Assembly (NCBI GenBank): GCA_964187785.1
Contig: OZ076420.1
Location: 53,258,001-53,322,000 of the forward strand
Direction: 5' to 3'
DNA from: Amphiscolops sp. MND2022
Taxonomy: Eukaryota
DNA length: 64,000 bases
The notes under the pieces are model-generated. The model was not told where the DNA came from, did not search any database, and worked only from the letters and a program-made list of their open reading frames with translations. This document shows, in pieces, positions 1 through 11,719 of this stretch. A program made the position numbers and the translations under genes. Position 1 is the first letter of the stretch. Each line of letters opens with the position of its first letter.

Positions 1-724
1 ACACAATTTCGTTCGTCAGCTGCCAATTCCAGAATAATTAACAAATCTTTGTTTCCGTCTGCTTCATATGCTGCCACCCGGGTTACTTCGCTCTTTGCAA
101 TCGACTCTTTGGGGATGATTGCCACAGAAAAGAGATCTCTTCCTTCAATTCTGTTCTTGGTTTTTTATCAGGATCATGTCAGTTAGCTAACAGCTCTCAT
201 ATAGCAGAGCTACTGTCTTTTGATGTCTCTTCAAGTTCAACAGGCCTCAGCTCCATGTTGTAGACAAATCTGAAGACTTCGAAAAACCGCAATTTTGATT
301 ATTGTGACAACTTATTTCAACTGATTTCTTTACCTGAGCTACGAGTAGGATTGAAACATGTAGTTGAATACATATGTATGAATAATCTTTTTTCCAACAG
401 CTCAATTTAAGGGAAAGTCAAATGGGATCTTGTTAAGATTAAACCGCCCACACCAGAATGGGGGTGTGCATATTTAAGTTGGTCTGATTTGGGGGGTGTT
501 AACTTTAAAAGATTATAAATTGCGCTCAAATTCAAACAGAATTGCCTCAATTCTAACTTATATTACATAATCCGAGCTATAAGTGGGGGTGCATACTTAA
601 GTTGGTCAAAATTGGGGGATGTTAACTTTAGCTGCCCTAGTCAAAGTTGCCGCGAAGTTTTACAGGCACTTCAAAAAATGCCAGCTAATTTTTTTATAAA
701 ACATGGAAAATTCAGGGACCATGC

Positions 725-956
725 TGTTGTAATCTAACATCTCACGGTTAAAACAGTTCTTTGCGTTAAGACTTTAAGTCAGTATTCATCAACATATCTC
801 TTTCTAAGCTTCGTATCAAATCATATGATGGTAATAATACAATAACATAAAGTGACAGTAATTAGAGTTTTTTTGGTAAACAAGATCAAGGTCTAAGTCC
901 GTATGTTACGGTATGAACTGAATCTACGGTAGAGGTCATGATGGCAGCATGTCACA
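725..956 (-). repeat. 3' LTR of Gypsy A
   Basis: Direct repeat of 6491-6729; about 14 substitutions plus a 7-bp indel by manual comparison. Confidence 0.95.
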
Positions 957-967
957 TTCCTCCCTCC
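957..967 (-). promoter_or_regulatory. Polypurine tract of Gypsy A
   Basis: Minus strand GGAGGGAGGAA abuts the 3' LTR. Confidence 0.85.
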
Positions 968-999
968 GGAGTAGTCCAGTGGAAGTTTGTTTGTTATCT

Positions 1000-3900
1000 T
1001 CGTTGGGCCGTTTTAATCGGATTTCTTCATCGTCCTTCCGTATTGTACGGTGGTTTTCTTCTTCATTTCGGTCCATTGTTGTTGTCGTCTTTTCCTGTAA
1101 TAAATTACAATTAATAATTTTTTTCTTTTTGTTATTATTTGTTTGGTATGGTTTTCCGTCTAATTTTCGGTTTGTTTTGCGAGGGGAAGTCTTTTGGACT
1201 TTCTGCCTAGTTCTGGTGTTTTAGGTTTTTCGATATGTATACCTTGTTCGGTGGTTAGATTGTTTTCTTTCGGGAGGAGCTGTAATTCGTCGTCCATGTT
1301 TGAGTGTATTGATTTTCCTGCAGATTTATTGTAGCAGTCAAAATCGCCTTCACCCGATATGATGCTCAGTTTTAGGTCTGCGTCTTTGTCGGTGTTTTTA
1401 CTCGGGGATGTGAATTGTCCGTTGTTGTTTCGTGGTTGATCTTTTTTCTTTATCCAGGCTTCGCTTCTTTCCTGATTGGTGGGCTTGGGTGTCCCTTTTC
1501 CGCTGAAAATGCAGGGCGTTCCGTTGAAGTTTGGCTGATCCAGGGTTTTGGAGCAACTAGATTGTTCAACGGTATTTTGACGGGTGATGATCCGTTTTGT
1601 CGGTGCTGTTGCTGTTAGCTAAAAGGGTAGCGGATAGAAACCAATTTCCGATGTATTGCTTAGTTCTTATCGGTAGTTATGGTATGTTCCTTTCTCGATA
1701 ACCCGGTTTGGACTTTATTTTCAAATTTGCTGTCGAGAGTATTTTTTGTAGTTTTTCTCGTAGAATTTGAAAGGATAGTTGAATTTGTTTGTACTTACCG
1801 TATTGGTTGATTTTTGGTTTGAGAGAAGGTCATCCCCCGTCTGAATTTCTGTTCCACCGTCTTCTTTTTTGACAAGACCAGATGGTCGGTGATCTCTCCG
1901 GCTGTGTTTCGGGTAATGTATACTGAGAGATCTTTGGAGTCCACTGAAATAGCTTTTTTAAGATGGTAGTTTAATTCTGGGAGCGCGTCCAAAGTGTGCT
2001 TCAAACGGTGTTTTCTTGGTTTCGGAGTGTTTGGTGAATCTTCGGACATATAGTTCCCTGATTATGCTTTCGCGAAGGCTTTGTCCGTCTTCCATGTTAG
2101 CTAAGAATAAATTCTTCAGTGATTGGATTGTACGTTAGACCAATGCGGTGCCAGTGTGTAAGTTGGCGGTACTGTAAATGTAATTAATGTTTTGTGTTTT
2201 GCAAAATTTTTTGTACAATTTTGGGATAAAGGCGCCTCCTTTATCCGATTTTATTTGTTTTGTCATTCCGTATGCATTTATGTATTCCTTGAGAAATGCT
2301 ATTACGGTTTCGTAGTTTGTGTTTTTGCAATTTTTAGTTACTGGCTAGTGACTATTTTTGTCCACCGCAATTAGTATATACGGTGATGAGGATAATTTTC
2401 TGTTATGTAGGTTTACGGGCAGTTCCAATTGGATTTCTTCGCCCGGTAATTTTGGCGGTTCGATTTTTGTTTTTTTTTCGGTTTAAGGTATTTGAAATTT
2501 CAGATTCGTACCGGCGTTTAGGCAGGCTGAGCATGATTTTGATTTCTTTTCAATATCTTCTCGCATGTTCGGCCACAAGAATATAGTCGCGTCGCTGCAC
2601 ATTTTGTTGATGCCGGGATGTCCAAAATGTAGGGCGTGGAGTGCGGCATATCTCAGGGATTTCGGTATAATGATTCGATCGTCGCCCATGATGATGCCCC
2701 AGCCATGAGTTAGCTTTTTGGTTACCGTTCTGTAGTCGTTGGGAATCAAGTTGGTGTTGTTTTCGTCTAGGCAACAGTTCAGTTCGATGAGTTCTGTATC
2801 GGCTGCCGTCTCTTTGATGAGCGTTTCCAGGTCTAACATGCAGTCTAATTCGGCCGATCGAACATTGTCTTCCTGTTAAATGTTGCGTTTGGACTTTTCT
2901 TCCACTATGCGGTTTATTCTTACATAGTGTACCGCTATCTCTTCAATTAGGCCGTCGCGGTATTCATGAACTGGTATTGCGGGGTATGTTCGGGGTATGA
3001 GGGTTGCCACCGCTTCTTCTGAATTGTTTGAGGTTGATTCGACGTCCCTGTTTCATTTTCGTGACCGGTTTCTTCTCTGTTTGTTTGATCTTGCGGTGTT
3101 CTTTGTGGTATTACATCTCCGAAATCTCTAAAATATCCACCGCCGATATTGGGACTCTCTTTCTTTTTCTTTGAGTTGAAGATCAATTGGTTTGATTTCT
3201 CTCCTCTCGTTTTCTTCCGGTCGTCTCGGTACATAAATTTCTCTGCCAAGGTTTTTGTTCGAATGCGGTCTCTTGCTCTGGGTTTTGCTAGCTCCATTCG
3301 TCTCGTAACCAATTCCGAAGTTTCGGTTGATTATCCCTTCTGATGATGATGGCCATAATCTGTTAGTCAGCACCCCAGTTGTAGCGTAGTTGTTCTTCCA
3401 CGCGGAAATAGCGTGCGTTTTGATCATTCTTCATTTCTGAATGGTGATTGTTTATGCTGCTGGTATCCGTATTTGAATGTAAATGTGGTGCACGGTAATC
3501 TGAGTCAATATGGCTTTTGTTTGTTTGGTAGCGTCGCGTATCAATTAGCGAGCGCGTATCTCGCATGTTTGTTTCGTTTGTCGCGTTCTCGCCGTCTGAT
3601 TGGTTGAAAATCCGTCCTACGCGTGCGTGTACCGTGGCTAGTTGCGAGATGGCGTTATTTACAAATTCTTCTTCGTTGTTTTCTTCTGGTTCCGTAGGAT
3701 TTTTGGTAGGAGTACGGCTGATAAAATCTGTGAATTTGATTTCTTTACCAGCGGTATGTTTTAGGCTGATGTCGAAGTGGTTTAGTCTCTCCAGCCACCG
3801 GGTTATTCGTGCACTTTATTGTTTATTAGCTTTGTTTCGTTTCAAAAGTGGTTCCAGTGCTTGATGGTCGGAGAATAGTTGTATTTGTTTCCCGTATAGG

Positions 3901-5450
3901 TGGAATCTAAATCCTTCCAGACGCCAAACCACGGCTAATAATTTTAATTCACCGATTGAGTATTTTTTTGATATCGTTCAGGTAGCGATTGGCAAATGCA
4001 ATGGGTTTTTGTTCGTTGTTTCCTTGTTTTTGCCATAGTGCTACTCCCAATCCGGTTTTGCTAGCGTCGGTGGTAATGATGTTTTCATTGTTTCCGTTGT
4101 AGTGTGCTAGGCAGGGTAGTTTTGTTGATTCTTGTTTTATTTTGTTAAAATCCGTATTTCGGTTTGTCGACCAATCCCATGTTTTTCTTTTCTTGAGTAG
4201 TTGTCTCGTGTTGTCTGTTTATTCGGAAATTTTGTGTATGAACTTTGCGAAGTATTGTATGGCACCGAGAATGGATGTTAATGTTTTGGTGTTTGAAGGG
4301 GGGTTCCAATTTGTTGACTGCGTCTGTGTCTGATGCCGTCTTGTGATATTGTGTGTCCGAGCCATATTATTTCTATTTGGTAAAATTTTGATTTTTTTTC
4401 TTGCTCTGTATTGTTCATTTTCTAGTTTGGAGAGTACCGAAAATACTTTTCGGGTGTAATCTTCTTTTGTTTCACGGTTGACGATGATGATGTCGTCCAG
4501 CCAAACCAGTGTTTTGTGTCCCAGGGTTCTATACATTTTCTCTTGGAAAATTGTTGGTATGTCTGCTGGACCGTAGAATCCTTTTAGGAATCGGTAGTAG
4601 CCGTTCACATTTTCGCTGGTTACTGCAAAGATGCAGTGTTTGCTGGTTTCTGGTGCTAGTCTCATTTGTCCGTAGGCGTATTCTAGATCTATCACGGAAA
4701 TCCAGATTGGGTCGTGGTCGTTTCTTGATAGTTCGGCGGATCTTTGGTTTAGTAGTTCTTCCATGTTTGGAATATGCGGACTTTTTTCACGCAGCTATCA
4801 TTTAGTTTACGGGCGTCTAATGCGATTTTTACCGTTTTATTTCTCTTTACCGTAGTACTACCGGTGGTACGAAACAGTCTTCTTCGATTGTTTTCAGTCT
4901 TTCGAGATGTCCGGATTTTAATTTTCGGTCTAGTTCATTTTTTACGTCTTTCTGTAAGTGGTAAGGTATTGGTCCGGCTTCATGTCGTAATGCCATTGGG
5001 TAGCATCCCGGTTTTATCTGAATTTTCACTTCCGCGTTGTTGATTAAATGGTTCGTTTCGAATAATTTGTGGATTTTGTGTGGATGTTGTTTGATTGGTT
5101 GGTGTGGTCATCCAACCAAATATTGTTGATGGTAATTGGTAGTTGTTTTAACCGGTTTACACCCAGTAGTGGTATAAAGTCATTTCGTTGTGTAATGAGT
5201 AGCAGTAGTTGTATGGTTTTGCCGTTGTTTTTGATATTTGCCCATATTTTCCCCATGATATTAATTTAAATCTATTTCACCGTATCTTTCATTCAGCGGG
5301 TGTTTATCTTTTTGATTGTTTTGTTTCGGGTTGTTTGGCATGATTGTGACCGGAGGTCCGGTGTCGATTGTGAAATTTTGGTATTTTCCATTGATTTTCA
5401 GTCTGATGCCGTAATTGTCATTTTTGTCCGGTAGTATTATGTTGATTTGG
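1000..5450 (-). pseudogene. Gypsy A pol (protease, RT, RNase H, integrase), many frameshifts and stops
   Basis: FTIDTGPPVTIMP (protease), IDLEYAYGQ and VWLDDII (RT, 4219-4764), HFGHPGINKM...WPNM...CSAC (integrase zinc finger, 2483-2839). Outer boundaries approximate. Confidence 0.9.
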
Positions 5451-5773
5451 GTTATTTGTTGGACTTCGTCCGGTTCAATTTGTTCCTCTTCGCTGTGTGT
5501 TGCCTCGAGGTAGTTGACTCTTTATTTTCTTGTATTGTCCGTTTTGCTACGGCACACTCCTATTTTGAGGCAGTTGTTACATTCCACCGTCTTTGCAGGG
5601 CATTTGTGTTGTGTTGCCTGCAGAATCCACAGCTATTTTTCTTTATTGTTGTTTCGGTATTTTTTGGTAATTATGTTTATTTCGCGGTTGTGTCTTTGGT
5701 ATCGGTTCTTCTTTTATTTTTTTTTCTTTCGCGAGTGCTGGTGGTTTTGTTGATTGTTTATGAGTAACCTTTT

Positions 5774-6460
5774 TCATAGCTCTCTTTGGTTACCAGATCC
5801 ATGGTGGTTTTCAGGTTCAGTGGCTTTTCTCGAATAAGTTTTTCCCGTAGTTTTTTTTGTTGATGCTGTGATAAATTTTAATACCATCAGGTCTTCTTGT
5901 TTGATGTCTTTAAATTCACAGTTTCTTTCCAACGATACAAGTTTTCGCCAGTGGTCTTCTGGTGTTTCATTTTCTTCTTGTTTTGGCCAGAAGAAGTCTC
6001 CACGGCTATGGTAGGTATTGCGTTTGGGCATGTAGTAGTCTTTGAATAGTTGTATGAGTTTTACGGTGTTGATTGTGTCTGAATCGGTGTTGAACTCTCC
6101 TTTTGTAATCATCTCTATCGCGGATGGTCCGGCTCCCCAAATAAAGTCTTGTCTTATTATGGGTTCTTTTTCCGTCCATCCATTGTTCGTTGGTATTGTC
6201 TCATCGGATAAAGCCGGTCCGATATCGATGTCGTGGATTCGTTTGGTGTAGTGATTCATTTGTTTGGTCCATTCTTTGGATAAATCTAGTTTTATATCGA
6301 TGTCGTGGATTCGTTTGGTGTAGTGTCTCATTCGTTCGGTCCATTCTTTGGGGATGTATAGTTTCTTACCGTCAATTCCGGTGTCCTCAAGATAGGGTAA
6401 TAGTATTTTGTTCGTGGTTGCTGTCATTGTTTCTTTTGTCAGATAAGATGTGTTGTTCAC
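5774..6460 (-). pseudogene. Gypsy A gag, N-terminal part
   Basis: DFIWGAGP...YYMPKRNTYHSRGDFFW...ETPEDHWRKL, homologous to the gag ORFs at 9814-10221 and 43990-44697; lies just downstream of the PBS. Confidence 0.9.
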
Positions 6461-6478
6461 GGTAAAAATAAAAAAATT

Positions 6479-6490
6479 GCTACTGCTCCA
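6479..6490 (-). promoter_or_regulatory. Primer binding site of Gypsy A (tRNA-Ser-like, one mismatch to TGGCGCAGT)
   Basis: TGGAGCAGTAGC immediately after the 5' LTR on the minus strand; tRNA identity is inferred. Confidence 0.75.
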
Positions 6491-6729
6491 TGTTGTAATC
6501 TAACATCTCACAGTTAAAACAGTTCTTTGTGTTAAGACTTTAACTCAGCATTCATCAACGTATCTATTTCTAAGCTTTGTATCAATTCATATGATGGTAT
6601 CAATACAATAACATAAAGTGACTGTAATTAGAGTTGTTTTGGTAAACAAGACCAAGTCTCTCTGTCTAAGTCCGTATGTTACGGTATGAACTGAATCTAC
6701 GTTAGAGGTCATGATGGCAGCATGTCACA
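6491..6729 (-). repeat. 5' LTR of Gypsy A
   Basis: TGTTGT...GTCACA direct repeat of 725-956, followed on the minus strand by the PBS. Confidence 0.95.
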
Positions 6730-9415
6730 CTTGCATGGAAACATTTTGTAGTTTTACTATGCAGCTTTCACTTTTTGAGTTAAAACTGAAAACAGTTCCA
6801 CTTCTTCATCACCGCGATCACTTTGTTTTCACGCGTAAGTTTCTCAAGCAACTACTTTATGTAAACACCATTAGTCAAATAGCACGCTGAATATGAAGCT
6901 ACTTTGAAACTTATAATGTGACTGCATTTTTTGTGCATTGAAACTGCGGTAACATTGATTAAGGTCTCAGCTGCTTTCAAAATTAGAACGGCGTCTTGAT
7001 GAAACCTGCTAAACTTCGCGGCTCGGAATTGCCGCCAAATTTAGGATGCATCTTATAGGCAGCTTGAAAAAATTAAATTGCATCAGTGACGTTTCAATGC
7101 ACGGTCGTTTCCTTGAGAATTTTATAAAATCATGAAAAATTAGCTTGGTAGCATAAAAAATTTTCAAATGAAAAGTTCAAGCAGTTCCAACCAGGATGGT
7201 TAAAACTGGGGGGTTTAAAGTTAACAAGGACTATATGGGGGGTTTAATCTTAACAGGATACGTCAAATGACCTGTATTACATTGACAGTCACAATTTTGG
7301 AGCGTTCTCCGAAGAATACATCTCTGTCTGGTCGCGAGAGATTACTGATGATTTTCAATAACGTGATTCCTAAAAGATGTATCCTTGTATGTGCATTTAT
7401 ATACATGTATATTGGTACTATAGGAGCCATTGGTACCATAACTAACAGCAGTAACTATAGGGAATGTTGCGAACAGAATCGTAAAGTGGAGTTAAATAAC
7501 TGTGCTTACATTCGTGTGGGATCGTGAGTTGCATTTCTAATTCATCAGCTGATTCTCAGTTTGGCGAAATCATGAACCATCAAATCTCTGAAACCTGTGA
7601 TTGACAAACCAAAACTGGGAACGTCAACCCTGTAGAAAGAATGATTTAAGTCTCATCTATTACGAATGAAGTTATATCCGAAGAAAACTTTTATATTATC
7701 AGAACATGAACTTAAAATCGAATATCAAAATACGAAAACATTGCATCATAGGATACGTTGAAGAATACAACCAACAGTCAAGAATCTCACTTCAATTTGT
7801 AACTGCTTCGAATCTGTTCCTTGCTTTGCTGAATTAGTACCACGATCATTTACGCTAGAAGCTTTTAGAAGTTCATCAATGTACTAGAAACATTTGGACA
7901 ATAGTGGGTAAAGGTCAAGTTAATTAAGATTATTAACAAACAGGGGTTGGTTATTGAAGAAATAACGATTGTTTACTAGCAACAAACATCATTAGCAACG
8001 CGTTTAGTTCGGAAACACAAAGTTTGGGTAGCTTTAGAGCCTTGTTGCGTCACTGTTGTAATTACGATACCTGAAATCGTTGCTAGATTATACTACTAAT
8101 ACACGCTATTGTTAGCTGCTCCAAGGTTGTTCTACTATAGTTAGTAATACTGTAATTCTTTATTTTGAAAAGTTATCCCACACATTACTTCAGGTTGGTC
8201 ATTATTTCGAGAACCATTGATTGAGACATTTGACAGACTTTTAACATGAACAGTACACAAAAACACTAAAGGTAACTTCTGATAAATGCTCACAGTATGA
8301 TTCGCATGATTCCGTAGCGCAGTTTTTGGAACCCACTTTGAGAGTTCTAAAACTGCCATTTTGTGTGCATTTGTTATTCAAAGTCCATGAAAATTTTCTC
8401 CACACTTCACGGAAGCTCTGCTAGAATTGAAAGAGTGCTTTCAATCCAGAAAAAAAACATTTGAAATTGATCATTTGGCTATTTTAGTGTTTCAACGCAA
8501 TAGAAAATTTTGTAAAACGGATATTTAGTATTGAAATTTTTACATTCAACCGATACGTATTTTTATAATCAACATCTAGAACGAAACCTTTCCCCAGTCG
8601 TTACTGCTGCATTTTTATACGCTGCAGACCTGCATGCAGGATAATATTTTAAAAACATGCAAAATTCAGTGAGCTTGCTGTGGTGAACCTTGTAAAATGA
8701 CATTGCAATCTCTACTATTAATAACGAAAATAATTCTCACTTCGATCACGTTGTTTTCACACTTCATTTTCTATGTTATAACCGTTTCTCAGGTAGCACG
8801 CTTAAATTGAAGCTAGATTGCAGTTTATAACGTGAGTGCACTCTCGTTGAAAAGTTTCGACATGCCTGATTTAGTATACAAGCAAACTATCAGAAAATCT
8901 GCAACGATCTGCAAGATCGAAACGTTCAATTTACAAAACAATCGCATTTTGCAAGAACTTCGTGAATTTCTTACAAAGAAGCATTGCACACGTTCTGATG
9001 GTTTGCTTGTATACAAAAACAGTTACATCAAAACGTATTTTGAAAAGCCTTTTCGAAAGTTTCCTTTGTCATACTTCCGAATAACTTCCGACACAAAAGT
9101 AGCTGACATTACAATGCAGATGAAAACCCTGGATGGCCAAAATAACCTCCGAAAGACTGGACAACTTTATGTGCGACCAAGTAAAAAAACGTCGTTGGAA
9201 GCTACCTCTTTTTGAATTGCCCAATGACATAGCAGCTTTTGGTATTTTTCTACAAGCAAACTCCCGAGTGAAAAAACTTACACAAAAGTGATAACCTGGC
9301 GGAATCTGCTAGCTCAGAGCAAACTGGATTTATGAAAAAAGTGTTGCTTCCTCCAAAACCTAAGAAACGGAACTGAGTAAGCTACTTCGTGTGTAGTTTT
9401 TAGGATTATAATAAT

Positions 9416-9643
9416 TGTTATATTCGGTTCAATCCGGTTCCCATGACCTCAACCGAGATTCGGTCTGCAAACTTCTAGACTGTCTAGTGTCTAGATACCA
9501 GCTAGAGTTGTGTACAAACAAATTCAAACTATGTTAAATTCCATTGAATACATATATACAATTGTGTTTGCTACAGTACAGTCTAGAACTAGAGATATCT
9601 ATTTTACAATATTCTTTTAACCTTAGATTAGCGGAATACAACA
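9416..9643 (+). repeat. 5' LTR of Gypsy B
   Basis: TGTTATATTCGG...AATACAACA, repeated at 11720-11952. Confidence 0.93.
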
Positions 9644-9685
9644 TGTCGCAATTCTTAAACAAACTTATTACCACAGAACACAGAA

Positions 9686-10221
9686 TGGCAGAGAAAAACC
9701 GGTATTCACACCGAGACAGCGACTTGAGAGATTCCGGCAGTTTTGCATACGGGAACACAAGATAGATATTGCACCGTTACTGAAAGGGGAAGATGTAACA
9801 GATAAGTATAAAAGTGAAAGACTTAATTCGGTTGTTCACCGAATTCTACATGCCCAAAAGAAACACTTACAATAATCGCAGAGATTTCTTCTGGGCAACA
9901 CAAACAGAAGAAGAAACACCGGAAGAATTCTCAAGACGACTAATCGAAATCGAAAAAGAGTGTAGTTTCAACACTATTTCGGCAGAAGAGTTGTTGATAT
10001 CAAAATACATGACAGCAATCACCGACATAAAATTACGGGACAAAATAAGGGAAGAAAAAACACTGGAACTGAAGAAGGTAATCGAACTGATTAAACAGAA
10101 CACTAATGAGAAGCAAAACAAAAAGAATACAATACCAGAGTCATTGATATCAACAAAAGAGAAACACATAATAAAAGAAGAACCAATTCAAAGAATGGAA
10201 CGATTCGATACGAGACCTTAA
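9686..10221 (+). pseudogene. Gypsy B gag remnant
   Basis: MAEKNR...KDLIRLFTEFYMPKRNTYNNRRDFFW...EEPIQRMERF, colinear with gag of element D; internal deletion near 9800. Confidence 0.9.
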
Positions 10222-11547
10222 ATATCAATTACCGAAAAAACACTACGGAGACTTAGAAAAACTGACCGAACCCGGCCAAGAATTACAAATTGATTTCACC
10301 TGGAAACTACACAACAAAAATATACACGGAGAAGAAAAAATATTAATAGCGGTAGATAGATTTAGTAACTGGCCGAACGTGACAATTTGCAAAAGAGCGG
10401 AGACTAAAGAGGTCACAAACTTTTTATCGAGTAATTTTAATCTGTACGGAATGCCCGATAGAAGTAAATCCGATAAAAGAGAAGCGTTTGTTTCCAAAGA
10501 ATACCGAGAATTTTGCAAAAACCGGAATATCGAAATTGAATACTGCACTCCCCGAGTGCATACGGGTAACGGAGCAGTGGAAAGAGCAATACAAACACTA
10601 AAAAAATCTAATTATAGCAAATTTGGAAGATGGCATAAGCCTAACCGAAAGCGTGAACCGAGCATTACGTGTAATGCGGTTCACAATACACGCCGGACTA
10701 AAATTAACGCCATTTGAACTACACCACCAAAGAAAACCAAGAACCGAATTAACGAATATCGGTAAAGACGGAAAATCATACCTATCTAATTGGTCAGAAC
10801 TGTATGTTTCAGCATCAAACAGACCCAAAATTCCCATATTTGTGGGCCGTGATGCGGACGGGGACATCACAAACCATATTATTATGGCGAAAACGAAAGC
10901 AGAGGAGAAACATCTCGCCGATGGACCGAAGTCACCGAAGAAGATGAATTTGGTTAGATATCCTTTCTACTTTGTTGAAAAGAAATACAACAAAAAATCA
11001 TTGGAAGAAAATTTTCAAAGCAAAATTCAAAACGTCATAATCGTAACCGAAAGTACTATGAAACGGACACCGGAAATATAATTAACCGAAAAATTATTTC
11101 GGGACCATTGATTCAGACCGAAAGCGAAAAAAGAACAGAAAAGAACCGGCACTGAACACAACCGGTGAAATAAATCCTAAAAACCGACACTGTCCACTCG
11201 TATTGGACGGGAAATATGGCCGTTGGGACGAAATTCTTCGGGACATCCTGAACGGTAAACTGAAAATCGTCCAAAACAAAAAGCGCACAGAAAGTGACAA
11301 CGATGATGACGAAGACGATGAAGAGATGCCGGGAGAAGCCAGAACACCAACAGTGTATGACACATCCGAAAGAGACGGAAGATATGTGCCAATACGGACT
11401 AATCCGGAAGGAGATGCACGGCAGCTACATACCGACAGTGAAATAGCGGGTGAGAACTTAAAAACACAAATAAGACGATCTAACCGAGATAGCAAAAAAC
11501 CGAATAGATACGGCAGTACACTGGAAACTTTTGAGGATGAAACCTAA
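10220..11547 (+). pseudogene. Gypsy B integrase core and C-terminal tail, frameshifted
   Basis: EPGQELQIDFT, SDKREAF, YCTPRVHTGNGAVERAIQTL, TPFELHH; tail ends RRSNRDSKKPNRYG. Confidence 0.9.
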
Positions 11548-11719
11548 ATGTCTAACATACATTATTTGTATAAGAGGTACTGTGTGGAATAGGCATAAAG
11601 GAACACCCCAAACGGAGATGATTCAGAAACCAGCAGATTTCCTCCCGGAGGATATCACACCACCAGGCGCCTCAAGCCGAAACTAGAGAAAACGTGCGAG
11701 AAAAGAATAGAGGGGGAAA

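Larger units (their letters stand above)
725..6729 (-). mobile_element. Ty3/Gypsy LTR retrotransposon A, full length, decayed
   Basis: Paired TG...CA LTRs, PBS TGGAGCAGTAGC, PPT GGAGGGAGGAA, gag-PR-RT-RH-IN order on the minus strand, flanks CATGC/CTTGC (5-bp TSD, one mismatch). Confidence 0.95.
425..7261. mobile_element. Non-autonomous TIR DNA element (Merlin- or hAT-like, about 830 bp net) interrupted by Gypsy element A
   Basis: Left end ggatcttgttaagattaaacc (425-445) vs reverse complement of right end gtatcctgttaagattaaacc (7241-7261): 19/21. Perfect 8-bp direct repeat GTCAAATG at 417-424 and 7262-7269. Second inverted match tgttaactttaaa (497-509 / 7214-7226). Confidence 0.8.
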
